DNA of 64,000 nt from positions 9,240,001-9,304,000 of the forward strand of contig CM119372.1 of the NCBI GenBank assembly GCA_051294905.1. Reading direction: 5' to 3'. A program made the position numbers and the translations under genes. The notes beneath the pieces are model-generated. The model saw only the letters and a program-made list of their open reading frames with translations, made no database searches and was not told the DNA's origin. Of the stretch, positions 25,585 to 37,400 are shown one piece after another. The first letter of the stretch is position 1. Each line of letters starts with the position of its first letter. The stretch comes from Botryllus schlosseri. Its lineage: Eukaryota.

Positions 25585-26958
25585 AGTCTTTTGACCAAAA
25601 TCTAGCCAGTATATAGATCCAATCCGAAACGTCAAACGATGACTATTTTCGAATAATGTTGTCAACTTTCAACTGCGAATTATGGGGAAGGTGGGGCAAA
25701 ATGTGTACATGGGTACAATGGTACATCGTGAATAGTTTTAAAAACCTATAGGAAGAATACAAATCGCTTCGATGATTTAGTAGTGTCATATCAGTCGGAT
25801 TTCTGATGGTGCGATTTCGCCAGGGTCGCCGTCTTTGAGAAAAATGACGGGTCTCTTAATTTTTCTAAGCTGCGCAAATTTTCATCGCTACCTCTCGATC
25901 GTGTTTTACGTGGGTTTTACGTGGCCTATATCTCGTCTGTTGTGCTTGAAATTTTGACACTGCTTATAGTCAGAGAAGTTAAAAATCGCCATGTATACTA
26001 TTTTAGGCGCAGAATTGCAATTGTAAAGTTTTTTTGCTCTGAAGAAGTGGGTTGGGGTACATTGGGGCAATATGGCTACGGCGCAATGGTCCATTGATAG
26101 CCAAAGACATATTTTACAAAATATATAAAAATCAACAGAAGAGTGCGCAGAAGCAAGATCTCAATAACACTCCCTTATAAGATCCCTTGAAGTGCCACGC
26201 AATAAATGAAGGAATGTAAGGATATTTTACCACCCCTTACAATCAATGCGGATCGATGAGCCGGCAGCGATGTTCATGCAAGTTTCATTACTGCGATTCC
26301 AAACTTGTACACTAAAACAGATCTTGGACACCTGCTGATCCAACCTTTTCTTCAACAGTTCTCAGTTTCTTGATAAATAAATAAATAGTGATAAATAAGA
26401 TGAGAATAATGTATCGAATTGGAAATTTATTAAACAACCATACTTTATCAACATGTGAGACATATATCATGGCTAGCGAGCCATAGGTTTCCGATTCCCG
26501 ATTGAATATCTTTTATACGACCACAAAGAATATAATGCCAGATCAACATCAGATCATAAAAAAAAATTGGTATTTTGGGTACTGCTGGGTAGGATGTCAA
26601 AAGCGTGTAGTGACTGATCTTATGACTTAGCAACATACCCCATCAATTACAACTACTTTTCAAAACTTGCTCAAACAAATGAAGCCTCTACAAATATAAA
26701 TAGGGCTCGGACATGGAATAGGGAGATCTAAAACTGTATTTAAAACGGCGTTCATCGGTAGTGCGGCCTCGCGATATCGATAAGTTTAAAACAGTGACCA
26801 CCAAGAGATTCCTTACCCACATGCTGTTGTAAGGTTTGTGTCACATGTAACACAAATCTCCTGATTGAAAACACAAAAATTGGAAATCCACATTCAAAAC
26901 ACCAATATCAATTCTATATTGGAAACAGAAATTTTGTGTAGTATAGTATCATAGGTTA

Positions 26959-27360
26959 TCAGGCCGCACAAACATTACAATCATGTTTAGTATTGAAAGA
27001 TTTCATCTGATTTCGAGACTTCAGTGTTTGTCTGATGAGGCCATATCTACGTTTGAATCCTGAAACATGGGCAGATGCTTCAGTCACCACTGTCACATGT
27101 CTTTCCACTACCTGGATGTGGCAAGGATGACTAACCCGTAATGGTGATGATCTTAGACTTTCCAGCTCGAGATCTGACAAGGTCTTGATTGCAGGCGGCT
27201 GTTCAATATGTTTGATGTTCAAATTCACAATTTGGTGAAAAGATTTTGCCTCGATGTTGATAATTGGAATTTGGAAGAATCTGATGCTGGTGCCAATGTT
27301 GATGTTTTTAGGTTTGGTTTCATTCATATATCCTCCTTCAAAGTCGTCAATTAGAATCAG
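26959..27360 (-). pseudogene. C-terminal fragment of a hAT-related (hATm-like) transposase
   Basis: HPCHIQVVERHVTVVTEASAHVSGFKRRYGLIRQTLKSR..MKSFNTK matches the PCHxQxVER transposase C-terminus. The superfamily assignment is from recalled motifs, not a search. Confidence 0.7.
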
Positions 27361-27630
27361 ATCTGCAATATTTAGAGGCTGGGACGATCGTTCATGCAAG
27401 ATGGTTGACTCTCACACGCCAATTTTATAAGGTACTATGTGGGACAGAGTCATCCATCGAGAATTCCGAATTGTCTTGCTCAATTCTGCATGGAGGTCTA
27501 TTTTGTGTCAAGGTTTGAAATAAAAATGCATAATTCTATTGTTGATGGTGCAAAAAAAATCTACAGTATAGTTTCCCGTGTCACAAAGCTGCCTGATACA
27601 TGAATTCGTTCCCTTGCACTATCTGTGCTA

Positions 27631-27826
27631 CAAAGAAATGCTTATTTTGAACACCCGGAGTATGTTTGCTGGGAATGCTTGGCGACAAGGAGCAAAGCGT
27701 CCGAAAACTTGCAGTTAACAAGATTACAGTTATGCGCAGATTAACCACACCGTACCAAATTGCGATTGACGACTTTGAAGGAGAATATATAAATGAAACC
27801 AAACCTAAAAACAGCAACATTTCGCT
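27631..27826 (+). pseudogene. Internal fragment of the same transposase type, in opposite orientation
   Basis: QRNAYFEHPEY-(frameshift)-LLGMLGDKEQSVRKLAVNKI...IDDFEGEYINETKPKN; the last block is shared with the minus-strand fragment (IDDFEGGYMNETKPKN). Confidence 0.7.
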
Positions 27827-28346
27827 CCACCTTAGTATACAGGATTGCATCGTTTGGTATCGAAATATACTGTACAATAGGAATGATGCAAACCGCTGGA
27901 AAGTTCTGTTTCTTCGTGAACGGGAACGTGAACAGTGAACACGAAGTCTGACCTTGAGTCACCTCACAATTCCAATCTCAAACACGTCATTTGCACAAGG
28001 ATATGATTGTGAACGTGTACTTACATTGTACAATACTTATTGAGGGGCATAGTAGATTAGGTTTTAAAATGCAATAATAGGACATTGCCACTGTGACGCT
28101 CGAAAATAGTTAGCATTGATCCGGGATTGGTTGCTTTCAATTTCTGCTATTTGGCCATTTTCGAAAGCAGTAGTATTATAAAGCGCATTTTGCCTCAATC
28201 CGAAGGATAGTGAAATCCTAACATATCTGCACGTGTCATTGCACAAGCACAACTTTATACCTTAGTCAACGATGCATTCTCTTGATCAATTTCGTTAAAT
28301 TGCCAATTGATTGGTTGAACCAGCGCAGTTCGCCGACTACCTGTAG

Positions 28347-30003
28347 CAGTGGTTCCCAAACTTTTTCAGGGTCAGGGCCAAATTTAGAATTTCAGAGCTC
28401 GGTCGGGGCCGCACGAATACCAGGGCAATTAAACGGACCCAAACGTCATCAAAATATGAAAATTGGCATTGTTCCGATCAATCACTTGACGCCATTGGCC
28501 ATTGTTATGCTCATTGTGTTGCTGCGCTCCCATTGTTCAGAACAGTCGACCTTTGGAGGCTATTTCGGAGTTGTTTTATTGCCCTGGCGAGATCCAATTT
28601 GCATTTTTGGAATCAGTGCGAAACTAGCTTTCGATAAAGACCGGACCTATCAAATTATGCAGACGCTTCGGTCATGATCGAGCTACAGGACTACCAATTA
28701 TGCTGCTTTCCGGGCGATTTAGTGAGTCAGGTTTTATCGCCTGGACGCACAAAGCGCGAAAATTTTCTGTAATTCATGATTGAATCGGTCAATATGATCG
28801 GGAATTACATAAATATTGCTATCAATTTTTATCCTCTCTCTGCTCACGCAATCAGTTTTACAGGTAGGGCCGAGGGAAGTGTGTTTGTAAAGGTAGGGCC
28901 CTCTATAATAATTAAACATCTTCGGACGTATATAATCGTTGGCAGGAACGAAACAGCACTTCGTCAGCCCCTCCCCCCCAAAAATAGTAAACTTGGGTCT
29001 TGGGCTCCCATAGGGTGATAAACCTATCCCTATCCCCTCGTTCGCTTTTCCTACGAAACTAGTTGTACTGTTAAGTGAGCCAGCGCGAAACGCGAACATT
29101 TTCGATAATTTTTGATAAAATCGGTCAATATGGTCGGGAATTGCATATATATTGCTATCAATTTCTTGTCCTCGCTGCTCACGTAATCAGATTTACCGGT
29201 AGAGCTGAGTGAGGTGTCTTGGAAACTGTAGGGCCCATTAGTATGATTCCGTAACATGTTATTTCGTAACCCCCTGTCTGCTATATCAAAAAATATAGAA
29301 TCGCCCAAACAGGCTTCTAATCTAAGAGACGCACACGATTTCAAATTGGTATTTCTTCACTGGAATATAATTTTTCCCTGCGGGATGGTATTTGTCTCGT
29401 GCTTTTATGATTGCCAAGACAGTATTTTGTACATATAACGACGTTTTCGGTCAGCATAAGGGCAGTCCTGTTCGGCCAAGGTTTTCTCGCTTGGTGCGTC
29501 GTGGCGTGGTAAAGGCTAACGCCGATATGCCCAATGCCCATTTCTATAAATCTTGCGCATTTTTTCTTGGGGATGCATGAGTACCCAAAAATCAAGATAT
29601 TTGGCAACATCGAATCACGCCTTAAGCAAAAAAAATTGAAAAAGATGCATAAATTTTCCAAAAAAATACTCTATAATTTATACTGATTCACGAAATAATT
29701 TTGAGCCCCGTTCGAGTTCGCCCCCCCCCCCTTCATTGGGGGTTTGGCGTGCGGCAGTTACAGTCCTGTCTTTACCTATATCTATAGCTACTGCTCGTTT
29801 AACTGGACGTAACGATAGCAGTCTACGACAAATTTCCTGCAATCCTAATTAAAAACTCCAGACTCCAAGCCAAAAGCTAGTGTATTTTATAAATATAAAT
29901 TTAATTTTTTGTCATAACTCGATTTCTTAATATTTTTTGGGGGCCGCAAGAAGGCTAGCTGGGGGCCGCATGCGGCCCTCAGGGCCGCGCTTGGGAATCA
30001 CTG
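28347..30003. mobile_element. Non-autonomous hAT (Buster-like) element with an internal imperfect direct repeat of about 190 bp
   Basis: TIRs cagtggttcccaa / ttgggaatcactg; TSD acctgtag / acctatag; internal repeat at about 28720-28910 and 29070-29250. Confidence 0.85.
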
Positions 30004-31402
30004 ACCTATAGCCTTTGGTAACTATATAGGCCCAGTGGCGAGATAGAGTATAGTGGTCGACCAATGGGTCGACTCATCATCATCATTGTGCATTGACTCC
30101 AGAATTCCGACCTAAGTGTTGGAGGTTTATCTAGGCCCCTCCTCGACATTTCATCCGCGAAAGCCAGGAACTGGGCCGTGCTACAAGTCGGCAGATACGG
30201 AATCAAAAATAACGATTATCGGTCTGGTGTAAATGACCATAGTATAGTCGACAAACACCTTGAATACCACAAACACAAACAAACAAACTAGGCCTACGTC
30301 CTACAGGTAGTGTCTTGCGCTTGTGATATTCTCTGATTGCGGGCCAAACTAACAGCGATAACCTTTGAGTTTCAAAAATATTCACAGCCGGAAATGCTGA
30401 ATATTTCAATAAAACTTTTCTAAAACGTCAAAAGGTGGATTTTAGCTTAGTAGTGATGAATTTCATTACATACAGCGCCACGCAGAGAGTGACCCGCGGT
30501 TGAAACTGAAATATTTTCAATCAATGGTGTTGAAAAAAATTAAAAAAATATCTATAAAGGGTTCACAGTGTAGAACCTACCAAAATTTGTTTACGAATGC
30601 GGACGTCCAAATTTATGAGGTATGCACACTGAACCTCGCGTTCGCACCATCCCTGCAATACAATACAACTAACCGGAGGGTATAACTCTTGTGCGTTTTA
30701 TTCGATGTTCCAATTACTGCAATTGCGCAGCTGCAATTTACTTATATTAAGCTACAGTATACAGAATTTTAATGCGGTTGACTGCCTTTACGCATGACTT
30801 TTGACCATGAAATGAGTTATTGATTTTCCGCTCAATTCGGCCAAGAGTGAGCGGAATCAAAGCCTGTGGATTAAGCGGAGTCGACTGCTGTTTCGTCGAA
30901 TCAACCACTAACGGCAGAAGCGTTCCATATGTTTCCAACGTGCTGCTGTGTTTAGATTGGAACAATGAGGTAGGTATCTATGCCTAGTGCTAATTATAGA
31001 CTATTTACTAAATAGTACATTCGCTTTAAGCGATCAAGTCGATCATACTCAACTTAAAGTGCTCTAATCCTAATGAAATGTCAGCAGGTTAAATATAAGT
31101 GAATAGCCCATACGTGGTTCCGATCAGACTAGGGCAGTAGGGCGCGATTGCTGTGTTGTCGAAATCTTGCTAGTTTGTATTGCCTTCTGTTATAGCCGTC
31201 CTTATAACCCTGGTATTCATACATGCACAGTGTGCACACTTTTCGAAGCTAGCTGTGCGATTAATGATTAACCTTCTAGTAGCATTTATACGAAGTCTTT
31301 ATACATTGCGAATTGGTAGTACGGTTCGATGTCAGCCAAGGTAAATTGTGTATGTGCAGTGCCAGGAGAATAACGTGTTCAGTTCACTGACAGAAGGACG
31401 AA

Positions 31403-34400
31403 ATGCCACTTCACAGTAAATTCACAGACGCGGATCTCCCGACTATTAGCTTCTCGGAGTATATATTTGCAAGCTTACGAAGAGGAGGTGATCGAGTCGC
31501 GGTGGTAAGTTTACACTGCTTATTTCAACTTCACCTTGGCCCACGGCTCTTACGTTAGTAATCTATAGAATCATCGTACCCGACTGAATTGCCTACACGT
31601 AAACAATTTCAGATTGAAGCGGTCACTGGTCGGCAAGTTACGTTCCTGCAAATTGCCGACGAAGCTGTCAAATGTGCAAGCGCATTGTATAGATCGGGAC
31701 TAAGGAAAGGGGATGTAGTGGCAACATGCTCTTCCAACTGCGCCGAATATGTGATAGTAATTCTTGCTGCGGCTGCTTGCGGAGCAACCATTACTACATG
31801 TAATCCGATGTACACTGAAGGTTAGCCAGCTTTGAATTGTGAAATTTGCTTTGGTCGCAGAGCGGTACGTTTGTTTTGTTGGTCAACAATCCTGACACAG
31901 CATACAACACGTCCTAGTTGATCCCAACACGTCTATGAAGCTTGATTAGATTTACAAACACCATAGAATGCTAAGGATCTGGTGACGAAATGTGATTCCC
32001 GAACCATCACCTGCGTTCCGGAATCAAATTAATAAATACCGAATCAGTATTACTGATTTAGTTATTTGCACGAGGAATAGTTAATTTATTAGTTTTTGGA
32101 TTGTTCCTATATTTACCTTTCTACGGAACGTAAATACGCTGTTGAGTGGTGTATGAGGTCAAGTAATGGCCATCCCACTGACACCTGTTTCGGTTTCAGG
32201 TGAGATTAAACATCAGTTCGGAGATTCGCTTCCAAAAATAGTATTTACGGTGCCACTTGTCTGCGAGAAAGTGAAGAATGTAGCTGCCTCCGTTCCTTCA
32301 ATTCAGGTACTGGCGTTTATGTTCTACGTGTAGATTAGGGTTGTCCATAATTTGTAAAACTCAACAATGATGCGTATCTATGTTTCATTCTATAGATTAT
32401 TGATAAAAACTTCAATGAGCCAATAAGCTCACTGGAAAGTCGTTTGAAGATTTAGCGTTTGAAACAGGGATATCCCTGGTTTGATATTAGATATCCCTGG
32501 TTTGAAAGTAGCCTAGCTGCTTTAGAGTGGGCGTGTCAGCGACTACAGAACGGCGAGAAGACTAGTGATCACGAAATCACGGCTCTTGATTGGTTAGTCA
32601 GCTATGCTTGAATGATCTTGACCGAAGTGGGAATTCGATAGTTCGACAATATAAATAGTGCATCCATTTGCAACATTTCAAGATAAAGAAAAACATAGAA
32701 GCAATAAAAGATATCTGGGTAATATTGGTATAATACCGCATCTTTGACATCGTGTCAGACCAGCGGTTCTCGAACGTTTTGCGACTGTGTACGGTCTCGA
32801 ATAGCATGGATATACGGCGTAGGGTAGCCCTTGAAATGATGTTGCATAAAGTGCACGCATTTGAATGACAAAACACCATCACCAACACCAGCATTGTTGC
32901 GTCCCAATGCCAATCTCCATAACAATGAAAAATTCGAGGCTGATTGTGGGAGTTCCAGGGCCACGAGCGGAATAAAATTTATATTTTCAAAAGCAGTGCA
33001 GAGTCAGCTTTCGATTGATACCCGATTTACCAAATTTAATGCTCGTCAAGCCGGTCAAAAATTACCGTCAAATTGCCTGTAGCCAAATGGAAATTGCGAC
33101 GTGAATCAATTTCACTGAGGCGTGAGATTTGCCTGTGTCGACACCATACAGGACACTATGATTACACCATAGTGACGTGCGGTGTGAGAGAGAGAGAATC
33201 TTTATTCGTATACATTAAATATCAACATTACACTACAAAAATGTAACAGTGAAATGCGACATGCGAGGTAGACGGGAGGTTCGATATGACGAAGTCTTCA
33301 GAGCCGACCCACCCAGTGAGGTTCATCACTGGTGAGGCACTAACCCATTCATAGTCAGATTTACAAATATATAAACCCGAAATAGCAGCTGATTCATTTG
33401 GCCAGTTGTTTCTTATCACATTAGCACTCTTCACACGCACGGTGGGTGAGAAGCTACTGTTATCCACAATTATAGGTAGGTGTGGATTTGAAATACATAA
33501 TAGCGACGTCTGCAAGTGGATGGATTTGATCTGCAATAGGCTACATGCAGGACGTCGCAACGACATGATTCATATTATAACTTCGATTCTATTTGCGAAA
33601 TCACTGCGCTGCGATTGTGGGATTGTTAGGTAACAGTATGTGAGGCAAATCGATGTGTGCCTCATCTGGTCGTTGTTTCTTTGCCCTGTCAGTGTACGTC
33701 ACAAAGTCAAATCTCACATTCCTTGGCTATTTTGAGCGGGTTCCAGTGCTCTGAGTTGACGTTAGCAATGTTTAGATTTTCGGAATCAGTGCGACAACAG
33801 CACTTGATTAATTAATACCAGTGATTATAAATTCATAACTATTCATGATGAATTGCGCTATCACAGGTGAGACTTGGCACATCTGTGCCTCACCGCTCCT
33901 TTCACCCTATCTTTTAACCCAGAGGTCTCAAACTCAAATATGATCACGGGCCAATTTCTTACTTTTTGATGGCGCCGCGGGCTGCAGCACCAATAATAGG
34001 GAAATACAATGTATTTGTGAGTATACGCCTTATTTGACGGGACCTTGCAGACTGACATTCCACACGCATCTTGATTATGTGATTTACTATAGTGAATTCA
34101 CGCCTGGCACGAAAAAAATAACATTTTGAAATATTTGAATTTTTTTGCTGCACTAGGCACAGTTGCTGTATATTTAGTTGTAGATACCATGCGAGAGTAC
34201 AAATGCATCAGGATATCGTAAAAGCTGTCGCGTCAAAATTTTACACTTAGCCGAAATTTGACGTGTCACAATTATAGGTAGAATATTTTAGTATTTTACA
34301 AATATTTATCTCATATCAGAGCATTGGAGCAGTACAGCCTAATCCGGGTTTCGGGCATACTCCTGATAACAAGGCTATTGATCATGTCATTACCTAAGTC

Positions 34401-37400
34401 AAATCAGATCAGCGTTAGATTTACCTTCGAATATTGAACTGATCTATAACCACTTGAATATAATGAATACTGTGCCAGAGCAATAGAAATGTCCAATCGC
34501 CGAAGTATTATTTGATCTTCCACTGCGTGGTAACTTTTGAAAAGAGATGTAATAGTGAAGTTTGATGAGTAGTTTCAGGTTTCTGGAGTAGTTTTGGGGC
34601 GACTTTCCAGTTTTCAAATTAAAAAACAAGATATTTGGCAGTTAAATATTGTCGAATACTTCGAAATCCAAAATACCGTCGCGGGCCGCACAGAATGGTC
34701 TCGCGGGTCACATGCGGCCCGCGGGCCGCGTGTTTGAGATCTCTGTTTTAACCAATAAATATGCAAATTCACTGATTTTTGGTGTGTGTGTGTTGTATGT
34801 GGGGTTATTGGTGCTTAACTGCTAAGGTCTTCTGCACCAGGATTTTTGATGTTAAAATGTTTAAAATTCATTCATTCATAATTATAGACAGAAAATACCC
34901 GTTATAATTGGAGTTAGAGTCATTGAACGTTACACGATTTGATTTTCTTTTATTCGCCCTGGCGACAGGTGATGCAATGCCTCACTTACCTCCCCTGATC
35001 ACACGTCACTGCATTATACTATACATAAAAAATACCAAAGATTTCAATAGCGCTAATAAAGTAGCTTTCATAATAGACACCGCATGACACTGGTTCTGGC
35101 AGAACTATTCCGAGATCCACAGTAGGCTACGCTACACTACACAATAACTCTCATCAGGCGACAGGTGATGCAATGCCTCACTTACCTCCCCTGATCACAC
35201 GTCACTGCATTATGCTATACATAAAAAATACCAAAGATTTCAATAGCGCTAATAAAGTAGCTTTCATAATAGACACCGCATGACACTGGTTCTGGCAGAA
35301 CTATTCCGAGATCCACAGTAGGCTACGCTACACTACACAATAACTCTCATCACCACGACAGAGAACCAGAAATTAACTAGTTAATGCATATGAGGCGAGT
35401 AACGTTTCACAGCGATGTAAACGCATGGTATGGATAAACCTTAACAGACAGCTTCAAATTTTTATCGCTTGTCGCGGTAACGCTGTTGCAGAAAATTGCC
35501 GCAGTGTCATAAAAATGCAGTTGCTTGGCGTACCCCCGAAAATTCTCTCGCGTGCTCCAGCAGTTTGAGAACCCCTGCGTTAGACTATACCACTGAAAGT
35601 CTGACTCTATGATGAAGTACAGTCATATACGGAAACTTATCTTAGTGACTTAGACCAAGTGAATGAGTTGTTAACCACTCAATCCACATCGTATTCGACT
35701 GCAGGCCTCCGTCGAACCCAATCTTAATATCGTGACAGTCAGTGCTCAGAATAATGACTTTTCCATTTAAAATGTCTAGAAAATTTATTCCATCGGCGAC
35801 AAAAGTGGATTCGAAACGTATAAAAGTCTGTTATCGAACGAAGATGGATCAGGTAAGGTTTCGATTCGAACTGACGGACTTAGATTTCATCGCACTGAAT
35901 CACTTAGCCTTTCCGAGAAATGTTCAAATTGATCCGTTCGAGGACATTCTCTTCCTTCCATACTCAAGCGGGACGACCGGATTGTCGAAGGGTGTAATGC
36001 TGACTCATCATAACTTTGTGTCAACTCTGGCGATCTGCAGGTACGATTTTTCGGTCTTATCAGATGGTAGCGGTAGTGATCACTACAGCCTTGGAGCAAT
36101 TTAAAAATGAAATCTCGCACATCAATTCAATGTATAGCAATAGAATTTGTTCAACGTGCAATAAAGTCTGTTGCGTTCTCTCTACTCTAGGACGAGACCT
36201 GGCTACAACTCCGACTGCGTCTATTCCGTTTTGCCACTTTTTCATATCTACGGAATTCTAGTTGCGTTTGCAGCGCTCGATCAATGTCTACGTCACGTGT
36301 TGGATGTCAGATTTGACCTCAATGCATTCTTCTCGTTCGTCGAAAAATATAAGGTAGCCTTTATACCAATTGTTTCCAGGGCAAAACCGACTCGTGTTTA
36401 GGTTCTGAATTGAGCATTAGGCTACGAGTATCACTCATTATGACGTCACAGCGGTACGAATGACATGAAAAGTTCAAATATGTACCTTTAGTTAACCACA
36501 AATAATATATTGCAAGTTTTATATCACAATAAAGATGATCTGGTAATTTTAGGGCCATATCTATTTCATTGCACTGGTGACAATGATGTGAGTTGACCAC
36601 GACTTCACATGCATGTCATTTCCACTAACGTGCGTGATAGCTTTGTATGTCATGTTCCGTGTGTTGCGAGGCAACCAATCAGGGTTTACAGCCTTCCACA
36701 GTGGAAAATAGTATCGAAAATATGATTCTCATTTTATAAATTAACTCTCAGGAAGGAGATCATAAAGTTTGATTTATTGATGGAGTCGATTATCGCGTTC
36801 ATCAGGATTTTACAACTCAGTATTAAAGAAACCGGTTGATCGCAGCGCATAAAGTTAGTTTTAATCTCGTGATTTAACAAACCGGAACAAACTGCGTAAA
36901 GTGCGATGATGTCTCCCCGGTAATGACTTCACTAAAGAATCAGACAATCAGCGAAATATCTAGGTACCATTGCAGAGCGATATATCTATCAATATTCGAT
37001 AATCCGATTCTTCCTGCACCGTGCTGATTTCGCACGAATTTCATTTCGCGATGAAGATATATTCTACCAATTATAGTCGCAGTACCTTTATCAGCAGGTT
37101 GCCGTTTCATTCAACCCTATCGACAACTGACAGCCAGTAACGCGTTTTCGCATTATGATGCAACAGATAACACCGCTTGATTGAAAACTCGGGAGAAAGA
37201 AAGAAATCATCGCACGTAACCTTGTCCAGCTTCATGCGTCGAGATTAGCTCTTTTTAATCGAACGATTAGCAATTTTGTGGATCAGCTAACTTTATTATC
37301 TCCGCCTAAAATGCATCCCGATTAGCAGTTTTTAAGCATACGATTAGCGGTCTCCCGGATCAGCTAACTTTATGATCTCCGCCCTTAATGACGAAGAGTG

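Larger units (their letters stand above)
32761..35577. mobile_element. Outer hAT element of a three-level nest in ACS1 intron 3
   Basis: Ends cagcggttctcgaac / gtttgagaacccctg; degenerate TSD tgtcagac / cgttagac. Confidence 0.7.

Noticed and set aside
36785..36812. CUGAUGA on the minus strand here and at about 60000, and plus-strand CTGATGA at 9866 and 11490, as further hammerheads
   Set aside because: None has a correctly placed GAAA box with closing stems.
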